Positions 31,047 to 39,095 of a stretch of DNA of 64,000 bases are shown here, in pieces. The notes under the pieces were generated by a model. That model ran no database searches. It was not told where the DNA came from and saw only the letters and a list, made by a program, of their open reading frames with translations. A program made the position numbers and the translations under genes. Within the stretch, counting starts at the first letter, position 1, and each line of letters starts with the position of its first letter. Location of the stretch: contig JASLLZ010000003.1 of assembly GCA_030746775.1 (NCBI GenBank), forward strand, positions 7,435 to 71,434, in the 5' to 3' direction. This DNA is from Rhodospirillales bacterium. Its GTDB lineage: Bacteria; Pseudomonadota; Alphaproteobacteria; Rhodospirillales; JASLLZ01.

Positions 31047-33257
31047 ATGGCGCGCAATATCACTTACGAGATTATGGTCCAGCAGGGAACCCGGTGGGAA
31101 ATCCATGCGCGCCATGGCGGCGCTCATAAGGAGGCCGCCCTCAACGAGGCCAAGGCCCTGGAACTACTGCCCAAGATTACGGCCGTAAAAGTCATCAAGG
31201 AAACATACGACACGCAAGACGGCGACACCCAGGAAACCACCGTCTATAAGAGCGCCGCCATCACGGTCAAGGACGAGGCGGGCGCCGGGGTATCGACTGG
31301 CCCCTCGCGCGTTACTCCTTCTCCGTTCGGGCGTGCGAGAGGCCCGCGATCGCCCGCCAGGGTGGCCAGGCGAGCAAGGCACCGCCCGGCCAGGGCATCG
31401 GCCCCGGCCAGGATGGGTATCTTCACCAAGATTCTTCTGGTCATATTTTTCAGCATCGCCTTCGCCGCCTTGATCACCGGCGTGATGGCACTGATCATAC
31501 GGGATTTCTCTGTCTTCGGAATGAATATCAGCGCCAACGCCTATGCCAACATTCTGTTCGGCGTATTCGTCGTCGGCTTTCTGTTCAGCGCCGTCCCCTT
31601 GTCCCTCAAGTTCCTTTCGAATGAAGGGCTGAGTTCGAACGCCACCCGTAGACGCGCCGACCGGGCACCTGCCAGACCGGCCAGGAAACCGCCCAAGAAG
31701 GAAAAGAAGTTAGAAAAGGAGAACGAGGAACCGCCGCCGCCATCGATCGATGCCGAAGACTTGCCGACGGACAAGGAAGAAGGGCCCGAAGCGGAAGAAC
31801 CGGCCGAGGAGAAAAAGGCGGAAGAAGAAGCGGAGCAAGAAGAACCCGTCGAGGAAGAAGAGCATCCCGACGGCGATTTGTCGCCCGAAGGCGAAGCTCA
31901 AAAGGTCTATATGATGACGTTTCTGGGCCAGGCCCTGGAGCACGTAAAGGCGGTGAACAAGTCGATGGACAATTTCAACAAGTTCGGCGTCAACCTGTTC
32001 CTTGCCGGCGCCTGCGAAGCCATGAGCAGCGACCGCAACATGGATGACGCCGACTGCATCGCGGTGCTTGGCGAAATGGTCGAGGTGATGGGCTTCAAGA
32101 AGGACCAGGCGATCTCGTTCGCCAACAAGTGCGACGAGTACCTGCTCGCCGATTCGCGTTACATGCAAATGTACCAGGCCGGCCGTAATGCCATGAACAC
32201 CTTCATAGGCGGCGATGCCGACGGCCCCAGGCAGCTCCAGGATGCCCTGGTTGAGTGGGACAAGCCCAAACCCAAGGAAGCGGATAGCGGCCCCGTCACC
32301 GTCATGTTCACCGATATGGTGGGATCCACCAGTCTAACCCAGACATGGGGCGATGAGGTGGCCCAGCAGGTGGTGCGCGCCCACAACCGGATCGTCCGCG
32401 ACGCCCTGAACACTTATGGGGGCAAGGAGGTCAAACACACCGGCGATGGCATCATGGCTTCGTTTCCCACCACGTCGAACGGCGTCGAGGCGGCCATCTT
32501 CATTCAGCAAAAAGCGGCAATCCATAATAACTCCAACGCCGAACTGCCTCTGCTCTTGAAGATCGGGATCAACGCCGGCGAGCCCATTGCCGAGGACGAC
32601 GACCTGTTCGGATCAACGGTCCAGTTGGCGGCGCGCATCGTCGACAAGGCCGCTTCCGAGGAAATTTACGTTTCCGAGATCGTGCGCGGGATATGTGCCG
32701 GCAAGGACTTCAAGTTTTCCAATCAGGGCGGCTTCGAAATGAAGGGCTTCTCCGAGCCGATCACCCTCTTCGAAGTCTTGTGGGAAGAGACCGAGGCCCA
32801 GGAGACCGGGCAAGCCACGCAAGACGAGACCGAACCGACGCCGGCGGTGCCCGATCCAACGCCCGACGAGGCGAAACAAGAGGCGCCCGAGATCCAGGCC
32901 CCGGCCCAGGAGCCGACACCGGCTGGTGCCTCGGCTCCGGCACCGGCTGGCCCCTCGGCCCCGGCACCGGCTGGCCCCTCGGCCCCGGCACCGGCTGGCC
33001 CTTCGGCCCCGGCACCGGCTGGCCCTTCGGCTCCGGCGGCGGCTGTCCCTTCGGCTCCGGCTGAAAAACCTTCCCGATCCGCGCCATCGGAAGCCAGCCC
33101 GCCCCCTCAGCCCGGTGCGGCCGCCAATCCCGCCGGCGCGATGGCAGAGCCAAACCCGGCCCTTCGCCCCGTACCACCAAGCGAGGCGGCGACCAAACCC
33201 CAGCCCGCGCCCACGGGCGGCGCGCCGGCGCAAGAGGCCCCAAAGCAAGGGGCCTGA
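31047..33257 (+). CDS. membrane-anchored class III adenylate/guanylate cyclase with acidic linker and Pro/Ala-rich repeat tail
   Basis: Two TM helices at about residues 125-200 and a KKE/EEE-rich linker. The CHD core is VTVMFTDMVGSTSL...KHTGDGIMASF...IGINAGEP...GSTVQLAARI. Confidence 0.85.
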   Translation: MARNITYEIMVQQGTRWEIHARHGGAHKEAALNEAKALELLPKITAVKVIKETYDTQDGDTQETTVYKSAAITVKDEAGAGVSTGPSRVTPSPFGRARGPRSPARVARRARHRPARASAPARMGIFTKILLVIFFSIAFAALITGVMALIIRDFSVFGMNISANAYANILFGVFVVGFLFSAVPLSLKFLSNEGLSSNATRRRADRAPARPARKPPKKEKKLEKENEEPPPPSIDAEDLPTDKEEGPEAEEPAEEKKAEEEAEQEEPVEEEEHPDGDLSPEGEAQKVYMMTFLGQALEHVKAVNKSMDNFNKFGVNLFLAGACEAMSSDRNMDDADCIAVLGEMVEVMGFKKDQAISFANKCDEYLLADSRYMQMYQAGRNAMNTFIGGDADGPRQLQDALVEWDKPKPKEADSGPVTVMFTDMVGSTSLTQTWGDEVAQQVVRAHNRIVRDALNTYGGKEVKHTGDGIMASFPTTSNGVEAAIFIQQKAAIHNNSNAELPLLLKIGINAGEPIAEDDDLFGSTVQLAARIVDKAASEEIYVSEIVRGICAGKDFKFSNQGGFEMKGFSEPITLFEVLWEETEAQETGQATQDETEPTPAVPDPTPDEAKQEAPEIQAPAQEPTPAGASAPAPAGPSAPAPAGPSAPAPAGPSAPAPAGPSAPAAAVPSAPAEKPSRSAPSEASPPPQPGAAANPAGAMAEPNPALRPVPPSEAATKPQPAPTGGAPAQEAPKQGA
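32913..33062. repeat. 24-bp tandem repeat, about 5.5 copies (encodes SAPAPAGP units) in the cyclase 3' end
   Basis: Units start at 32931, 32955, 32979, 33003 and 33027: tcggcyccggcaccggctggcccy, the fifth (33027) divergent. There are degenerate partial copies at both ends. Confidence 0.9.
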
Positions 33258-33463
33258 AACCGTAACCAACGATGGGAAACAGCACCGGGCCCCCGGCTCT
33301 TGCTCTATTCCCGCCCCTCGCCCAGCCTTGGCGCGGGGCCTCGGCCGACCCATTTCAGGAGCGGTGGCGAATGCCTATGGATTGGGTTCGACCACCGCTA
33401 GCAAACGGGGTTCGACCATTTACGGATCGTCCGCCGGGACGGCCCGGGTGAACCCTTGGAAAA

Positions 33464-33491
33464 CCATGTTGCTTCAATAGAAAGGATATGG
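33464..33491 (+). promoter_or_regulatory. ROSE-like RNA-thermometer hairpin masking the hsp20 SD and AUG
   Basis: CCAUGUUGCUUC-AAUA-GAAAGGAUAUGG. The UUGCU arm pairs with the AAGGA SD and with AUG 33488, leaving a bulged G opposite the SD, as in ROSE elements. The full leader probably starts near 33400. Confidence 0.45.
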
Positions 33492-33949
33492 CCATGACGA
33501 CCATCGACTTCACGCCCCTCTTCCGTTCCACCATTGGCTTCGAGCGCATGCAGCGTCTTTTCGACGCCGCCACGCGCATGGACCCATCGGTATCCTCCTA
33601 CCCGCCCTACAACATAGAGGCATTGGGCGAAGATGCTTATCGCCTGACCATGGCGGTCGCCGGATTTTCGGCCGCCGACCTGGATATCACGGTCAAGGAG
33701 GACACGCTGTCGATCTCCGGCCAGGCGGCCAAGAACGATGCCGAGAACGCCTACCTTCACCGGGGTATCGCAGGGCGCTCGTTTGATCGCCGCTTCGTGC
33801 TCGCCGAGCACATCAAGGTGGCGGGAGCCAACTTGGTCAACGGTCTTCTCCACATCGACCTGACCCGCGAAGTGCCCGAGGAGAAGAAGCCCCGCAAAAT
33901 CGAGATTGGCGGCGAACAGGCCAAGGCCATCGATTCGAAGGCCGCCTGA
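33488..33949 (+). CDS. Hsp20/alpha-crystallin family small heat-shock protein
   Basis: YPPYNIE...YRLTMAVAGF...DLDITVKEDTLSISG...RSFDRRFVLAE...GLLHIDL. 153 aa. Confidence 0.93.
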   Translation: MAMTTIDFTPLFRSTIGFERMQRLFDAATRMDPSVSSYPPYNIEALGEDAYRLTMAVAGFSAADLDITVKEDTLSISGQAAKNDAENAYLHRGIAGRSFDRRFVLAEHIKVAGANLVNGLLHIDLTREVPEEKKPRKIEIGGEQAKAIDSKAA

Positions 33950-33976
33950 CGGGCATTTTCTGACCTGAAAATGATT

Positions 33977-34011
33977 GAGGGCCGCCTTTCGGCGGCCCCT
34001 CTTCAATTTTT
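33977..34011 (+). terminator. rho-independent terminator after hsp20
   Basis: Stem GAGGGCCGCC / GGCGGCCCCUC with loop UUUC, followed by UUCAAUUUUU. Confidence 0.6.
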
Positions 34012-34097
34012 GCGTACCCCTGCCAAACTCGCGCGAACACAATTAATTTCGAAACTCTAACGAAGGCCCCCCGCTTTGGTCAAGAGACTTTGCAAAC

Positions 34098-34128
34098 AAA
34101 AAAAAACGCCGCCCCATGAGGGGCGGCG
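34098..34128 (-). terminator. rho-independent terminator (minus strand)
   Basis: On the minus strand, CGCCGCCCC-UCAU-GGGGCGGCG (a perfect 9-bp stem) is followed by U9. Confidence 0.7.
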
Positions 34129-34259
34129 CGAGTTTAACAGGGAGGCTCTGAAGAGGAATGGAGGTAGAAACGGCCCTTGACGGCCGCCTTCCATCCGCCA
34201 ACCAGCCTAAAGGCATTCCCTTAAAATTCGATTAACGGCAATAACCGGGGACAAAGACG

Positions 34260-34442
34260 CTATATCTTGAAGACCGAATCGGCGCCGGCCCGGGCTTCTT
34301 CCTTGGCCGCGATAGCGTGGCGGATACGCGCGATTTCGGCTTCCAGTTCGCCGATGTATTCGTTCAGGGCCTCGATGGACATGACGTCCAGATTTCTGGG
34401 TTCGGGCTTTTTGTTCCTTGGTTCCAGATCATCCAGGTCCAT
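34260..34442 (-). CDS. DUF1192-like small coiled-coil protein (60 aa)
   Basis: MDLDDLEPRNKKPEPRNLDVMSIEALNEYIGELEAEIARIRHAIAAKEEARAGADSVFKI. The pattern (D-L-x-x-L-S-I-E-x-L, then EAEIAR) is typical of the family. The longer ORF, reaching 34652, is unlikely. Confidence 0.7.
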   Translation of the reverse strand: MDLDDLEPRNKKPEPRNLDVMSIEALNEYIGELEAEIARIRHAIAAKEEARAGADSVFKI

Positions 34443-34645
34443 ATTCCGCGTCCCAAGTCGGTCAACACGACGGCGAAACCGTAGCAACCGCCGCCGCCGG
34501 CCGTCAAGCAAAGGGACCCGGCGTTGACCGGTTCGCCGAGCCCACCTATCATCGACGTTTGATGGACTAGAATCCGCTCGAGACCTAAATTTCCGGACCC
34601 GGCGGCGGGGCTTCCGTCGGGCGATCCAGGGAAGGAGACGCGACC

Positions 34646-35566
34646 ATGGCAACGATGACCGTGCAGGGGCACGTTCCGGCGGCGGTGACGCCGTTCAACC
34701 GCTCGGGCGATCTTATGCTTGATGCCTTCGCCGAGATCCTCACCTGGCACATGGACTGCGATTGCGGCGGTTTTTTGATCCTCGGCGACAACGGCGAATC
34801 ATGGGCGGTTTCGCAAGAGGAATTGAAACAGATCACCCAAACCGCCATGAAGACGGCGGCCGGGCGCGTCCCCGTCTTCATCGGCACCAGCGCCGTTACC
34901 ACCGCCGAGACGGTGGCGCGTTCGGTGGCGGCGGCCGAGGCCGGCGCCGACGGCATCTGCGTCCAGCCCCAGTCCTACGTACTCAATGGCACCAAGAGCG
35001 AGATCGTCAGCCGCTTCGAAGCGGTCGCCAAGGCGGCGCCCCTGCCGATGATGATTTACAACACGCCGCTGCGCACCGGAATGAACATCGACCACGATAC
35101 CTTGGAGGCCATTCTCGGCGTCGCCCCGGTTGTCGCCATCAAGGAATCCAACGACGACATGAAGCATGCCTCGCGGACCCTTTTGCAGTTCCGCGACCGC
35201 ATCGCGGTCTTCATCGGCAACGGCGAGAATATTCTGCCCGCCATTCTGTTGGGCTCGGCGGGCTTCATCTCCACCGGCCCCGACCTGTTCGGCAAAGAGA
35301 CAAACCGTCTTCTCGAGGCCGAGAGCATGTCGGTTACGGAACGCCTGCAATGGCAAGAAAGGCTGATTGCCGTCTTCAACACGGTTTTGGGGACCGGCAC
35401 CCGTCCGTCGGGCTACAAGGCGGCGCTCAACATGCTGGGCCTGCCCGCCGGCTATCCGCGCGAACCGGTCGAACCGTTGACACCCGACGACGAGGCCAAG
35501 GTCCGCCGGGTCCTGGTCGAATGCGGCATTCTGGGCCGCCAGGCCGCCGACCGGGCGGCTTCCTGA
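34646..35566 (+). CDS. dihydrodipicolinate synthase/N-acetylneuraminate lyase family protein
   Basis: AAVTPF...G.L..D.F...GGFLILGDNGE...VFIGTS...VAIKESN (Schiff-base Lys context). Confidence 0.82.
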   Translation: MATMTVQGHVPAAVTPFNRSGDLMLDAFAEILTWHMDCDCGGFLILGDNGESWAVSQEELKQITQTAMKTAAGRVPVFIGTSAVTTAETVARSVAAAEAGADGICVQPQSYVLNGTKSEIVSRFEAVAKAAPLPMMIYNTPLRTGMNIDHDTLEAILGVAPVVAIKESNDDMKHASRTLLQFRDRIAVFIGNGENILPAILLGSAGFISTGPDLFGKETNRLLEAESMSVTERLQWQERLIAVFNTVLGTGTRPSGYKAALNMLGLPAGYPREPVEPLTPDDEAKVRRVLVECGILGRQAADRAAS

Positions 35567-35592
35567 GCCGCCGGACACGGACTTCCCCCGCC

Positions 35593-36594
35593 ATGACCGC
35601 ATCCCTGCCCGAGACCATGACCTGCGTCGAGGTCGGCGCGCCCGGCGGCCCCGAGGTATTGAAGACCGGAACCCGTCCCCTGCCCCGTCCCGGCCCCGGC
35701 CAAGTGCTGATCAAGGTGGCGGCGGCCGGCGTCAACCGGGTCGACACGTTCCAGCGCATGGGTAACTACCCGGTGCCCGATGGGGCGACCGACCTTTTGG
35801 GCCTGGAAATCGCCGGCGAGGTGGTGGCGCGCGACGACGCGGTGGCGGAATGGTCCTTGGGCGATCGCGTCTGCGCCCTGGTCGCCGGCGGCGGATACGC
35901 TCAATACTGCCCGGTTCCGGCCGCTCACTGCCTGCCCATTCCAAAGGGGCTCGATCTGGTAGAGGCGGCGTCCCTGCCCGAGACCTACTTCACGGTATGG
36001 ACCAATGTCTTCGAGCGCGCGGCACTGCAACCCGGCGAGACGCTGCTGGTGCACGGCGGTTCCAGCGGCATTGGCGTCGCCGCCATCCAGTTGGCCAAGA
36101 ACCTGGACTCGCCGGTCGCGGTGACCGCCGGCAGCGCCGAGAAATGCGCCGCCTGCCGGTCGCTGGGCGCCGACCTGGCGGTGAACTACCGTACCGACGA
36201 CTTCGTCGCGGCGGTCCGCGATTTCACCCAAGACAAGGGCATCGACGTCATTCTTGACATGGTCGGCGGCGATTACGTGGCCCGCAACATCGAGGCCCTG
36301 GCCATCGAGGGACGGCTTGTCTACATCGCCTTCCTCGACGCCAGCCGGGTCGAGGTCGACCTGCGCCCGATGATGGTCAAGCGGCTCGCCATCACCGGCT
36401 CGACGCTGCGCCCTCTGAGCGACGAGCGCAAAGCCGCCATCGCCGCCACGTTGAGGAAGCGCATCTGGCCGCTGATCGATACGGGCCGCATCAAGCCGGT
36501 CGTCCACGCCACATTTCCCCTTGCCCAAGCCGCCGAAGCTCATCGCTTGATGGAAAGCAGCGCCCACATCGGAAAGATCATGCTTTCGGTGTGA
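35593..36594 (+). CDS. qor: NAD(P)H:quinone oxidoreductase (zeta-crystallin/PIG3-type MDR)
   Basis: 333 aa from ATG 35593. VLIKVAAAGVNRVDTFQR.G.YP and LVHGGSSGIGVAAIQLAK. The 610-aa track ORF is a frame run-on. Confidence 0.88.
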   Translation: MTASLPETMTCVEVGAPGGPEVLKTGTRPLPRPGPGQVLIKVAAAGVNRVDTFQRMGNYPVPDGATDLLGLEIAGEVVARDDAVAEWSLGDRVCALVAGGGYAQYCPVPAAHCLPIPKGLDLVEAASLPETYFTVWTNVFERAALQPGETLLVHGGSSGIGVAAIQLAKNLDSPVAVTAGSAEKCAACRSLGADLAVNYRTDDFVAAVRDFTQDKGIDVILDMVGGDYVARNIEALAIEGRLVYIAFLDASRVEVDLRPMMVKRLAITGSTLRPLSDERKAAIAATLRKRIWPLIDTGRIKPVVHATFPLAQAAEAHRLMESSAHIGKIMLSV

Positions 36595-36650
36595 GCTTGG
36601 AAACCCGAACTCGGTTTGACCGGCCGCCCGCTGGCGCGCTATAAGACTGG

Positions 36651-36688
36651 AATACGCCCGCATGGGCGCGTATTAACCTGGTTTTTTA
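36651..36688 (+). terminator. possible terminator after qor
   Basis: AAUACGCCC-GCAU-GGGCGCGUAUU hairpin. A U6 run follows after a 7-nt spacer, which is suboptimal geometry. Confidence 0.35.
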
Positions 36689-36704
36689 TACAAGGTGGAT
36701 CGAG

Positions 36705-37532
36705 ATGGCGCTGCCTCTCATGCCCAAGGCGACGGCCGTTTGGCTCGTCGAGAATACCGTGCTCACGTTCGACCAGATCGCTGAATTCTGCGGCATGCAC
36801 CCGCTTGAGGTGCAGGCCATTGCCGACGACGAGGTGGCGATCGGCGTACTGGGTCTGGATCCCATCTCCAACGGCCAGTTGACCGCCGAGGAAATCGAGC
36901 GCTGCACCGCCGATGCGGATCAGCGTCTGAAGATGGCCAAGCCGACCTTGCCGCTACCCCAGTCCAAGCCCAAGGGCGCCCGCTACACGCCGGTGTCCAA
37001 GCGCCAAGACCGGCCCGACGCCATCGCATGGCTTTTGAAGAACTACCCCGAGCTCAGCGACGCGCAGATCTCCAGGCTCATCGGCACGACCAAGCCGACA
37101 ATCAACGCGGTCCGCGAAAAATCCCATTGGAACACACCCAACATCAAGCCGCAGAACCCCATACCTCTCGGCTTGTGCAGCGAGGCGGACCTGGAAAAAT
37201 CGGTCAATCTGGCGCGCGCCCGCGCCGGCACGGTGCATGGCACGGCGAAAGCAACCGACGCTCCACCCGCCAACGAACCGTCGATCGAGAAGGCGTCCGC
37301 CGATATACCGCGCAAGGCCATTGAGGAGGAACCGCCGGCGCAAGACGACATTCCCGCCAACGAGACGGCGGAGACGGTCTTCGGCGCGGCGCCAAAAACG
37401 CCGCCGCCCGCGGCAGTCCCCGAGTCGGTCGAAACCGTTTTCGGAGCGCCCGCCGCGACGCCGGCGCCGGCGCCCGAAACGGAAAGCGAGGAGCCCAAAC
37501 CGTCTCCCGACGAAACACCGTCGGGGGTTTGA
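36705..37532 (+). CDS. DUF1013 family protein (TrcR-like cell-cycle regulator family) with Pro/Ala-rich tail
   Basis: MALPLMPKATAVWLVENTVLTFDQIAEFCGMHPLEVQAIADDEVA matches the conserved DUF1013 N-terminus as I recall it. Confidence 0.75.
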   Translation: MALPLMPKATAVWLVENTVLTFDQIAEFCGMHPLEVQAIADDEVAIGVLGLDPISNGQLTAEEIERCTADADQRLKMAKPTLPLPQSKPKGARYTPVSKRQDRPDAIAWLLKNYPELSDAQISRLIGTTKPTINAVREKSHWNTPNIKPQNPIPLGLCSEADLEKSVNLARARAGTVHGTAKATDAPPANEPSIEKASADIPRKAIEEEPPAQDDIPANETAETVFGAAPKTPPPAAVPESVETVFGAPAATPAPAPETESEEPKPSPDETPSGV

Positions 37533-37535
37533 CCC

Positions 37536-39035
37536 CTATTCCCCGAACTTGATGCCCTGGGCGAGTGGCAGTTCACGCGAATAGTTGATGGTGTTGGTGG
37601 CGCGGCGCATGTAGGCGCGCCAGGAATCCGAGCCCGATTCGCGGCCGCCGCCGGTTTCCTTCTCGCCGCCGAACGCGCCGCCGATCTCGGCACCCGAAGG
37701 CCCGATATTGACGTTAACGATGCCGCAATCGCTGCCCGCCGCCGAAACGAATGTCTCGGCCTCGCGCAGGTCGTTGGTGAAGATCGACGATGACAGGCCC
37801 TGGGGCACGTCGTTGTGGATGCGGATGGCCTGGTCCAAGGTACGATACTTCATGACATAGAGGATGGGGGCGAAGGTTTCCTCGCCCACGTTGTCGGTCT
37901 GCTTGGGCATCTCGACGATGGCCGGTTCGACGTAGTAGGCCTTGGGATAGCGCCGGGCCAAGAGGCGGCCGCCACCGGATACCGTGCCGCCCTCTTTGGC
38001 CACCGCCTTGAGCATGTTCTGCATGGTATCGTAAGCCCCCTTGTCGATCAGCGGCCCGACCAGGGTCTTGGGCGCCAAGGGGTCGCCGACGGTGATGCTG
38101 GCGTAGGCCTTCTTGAGCCGTTCCACCACCTCATCGTAGATATCGCGCTGCACGATCAGGCGGCGCAGAGTTGTGCAGCGCTGGCCGGCGGTGCCGACGG
38201 CGGCAAACAGTATGGCGCGGATGGCAAGGTCGAGGTCCGCCGTCGGAGTCACGATCATGCCGTTATTGCCGCCCAATTCCAGAATGGTACGGCCGAAGCG
38301 TCCGGCGATGCGCGGCGCGATCTTGCTCCCCATGGCCGTGCTGCCGGTTGCGCTGATCAACTTGAGCCGGGGATCGTCCATCATGCGATCGCCGATCTTG
38401 CGCGAGGCGATGACGACCTCCGAAAGTCCATCCGGCGCGTCGCCGAAACGCTTGAGCGCGCGCTTGAACAAGGCCTGGCAGGCAAGCGCCGTAAGCGGCG
38501 TTTTGGTCGACGGCTTCCACACCACCGGATCGCCGCAAACGATAGCCAGGGTGAAGTTCCACGACCACACGGCGACCGGAAAGTTGAAGGCCGAGACGAC
38601 GCCGACGACACCCAGCGGATGCCAAGATTCCATCATCCTGTGGCCAGGGCGCTCGGAGGCGATGGTGAGGCCGTAGAGCTGGCGCGACAAACCGACGGCG
38701 AAGTCGCAGATGTCGATCATTTCCTGCACCTCGCCCATGCCCTCGGCCAGGATCTTGCCGTTTTCAAGGGAAACCAGGTGGCCAAGGGCCTTCTTGTTGC
38801 GGCGCAGCTCGTTACCCAGAAGCCGGATTAACTCGCCGCGGCGCGGCGCCGGCACCGTGCGCCAGACAAGAAAGGCCTGTTGGGCGCGGTCGATCTTCCT
38901 TTTCAGGTCGCGCGCCGTGTCGACCCGCAAACTGGCGATGGGGGCACCGTTGATCGGCGAGCAGACGGTGAGGTCGCCGCCACGCAGATCCTTGGCGTCG
39001 AGGCCGAGAGAGGCAAAGAGTTTCTTATTGCTCAT
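37536..39035 (-). CDS. aldehyde dehydrogenase family protein (ALDH7/aminoadipate-semialdehyde dehydrogenase-like)
   Basis: 499 aa. FNFPVAVWSWN, ELGGNN and GTAGQRCT catalytic motifs. Confidence 0.88.
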   Translation of the reverse strand: MSNKKLFASLGLDAKDLRGGDLTVCSPINGAPIASLRVDTARDLKRKIDRAQQAFLVWRTVPAPRRGELIRLLGNELRRNKKALGHLVSLENGKILAEGMGEVQEMIDICDFAVGLSRQLYGLTIASERPGHRMMESWHPLGVVGVVSAFNFPVAVWSWNFTLAIVCGDPVVWKPSTKTPLTALACQALFKRALKRFGDAPDGLSEVVIASRKIGDRMMDDPRLKLISATGSTAMGSKIAPRIAGRFGRTILELGGNNGMIVTPTADLDLAIRAILFAAVGTAGQRCTTLRRLIVQRDIYDEVVERLKKAYASITVGDPLAPKTLVGPLIDKGAYDTMQNMLKAVAKEGGTVSGGGRLLARRYPKAYYVEPAIVEMPKQTDNVGEETFAPILYVMKYRTLDQAIRIHNDVPQGLSSSIFTNDLREAETFVSAAGSDCGIVNVNIGPSGAEIGGAFGGEKETGGGRESGSDSWRAYMRRATNTINYSRELPLAQGIKFGE

Positions 39036-39095
39036 GGGTCTACTCCTGTGTCTGCACCTGCCGCCTTTGGCGATGGGGTTCGGGGCGACGGGACT

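Noticed and set aside
33313-33339. Terminator after the cyclase gene
   Set aside because: The GC-rich hairpin (GCCCCUCGCC...GGCGCGGGGC) has a mismatch and no downstream U-tract, so the support is insufficient.
34762-36594. 610-aa ORF
   Set aside because: The 5' 277 codons overlap the DHDPS-family gene out of frame, with a Pro/Arg/Gly-rich translation. The real quinone oxidoreductase starts at ATG 35593.
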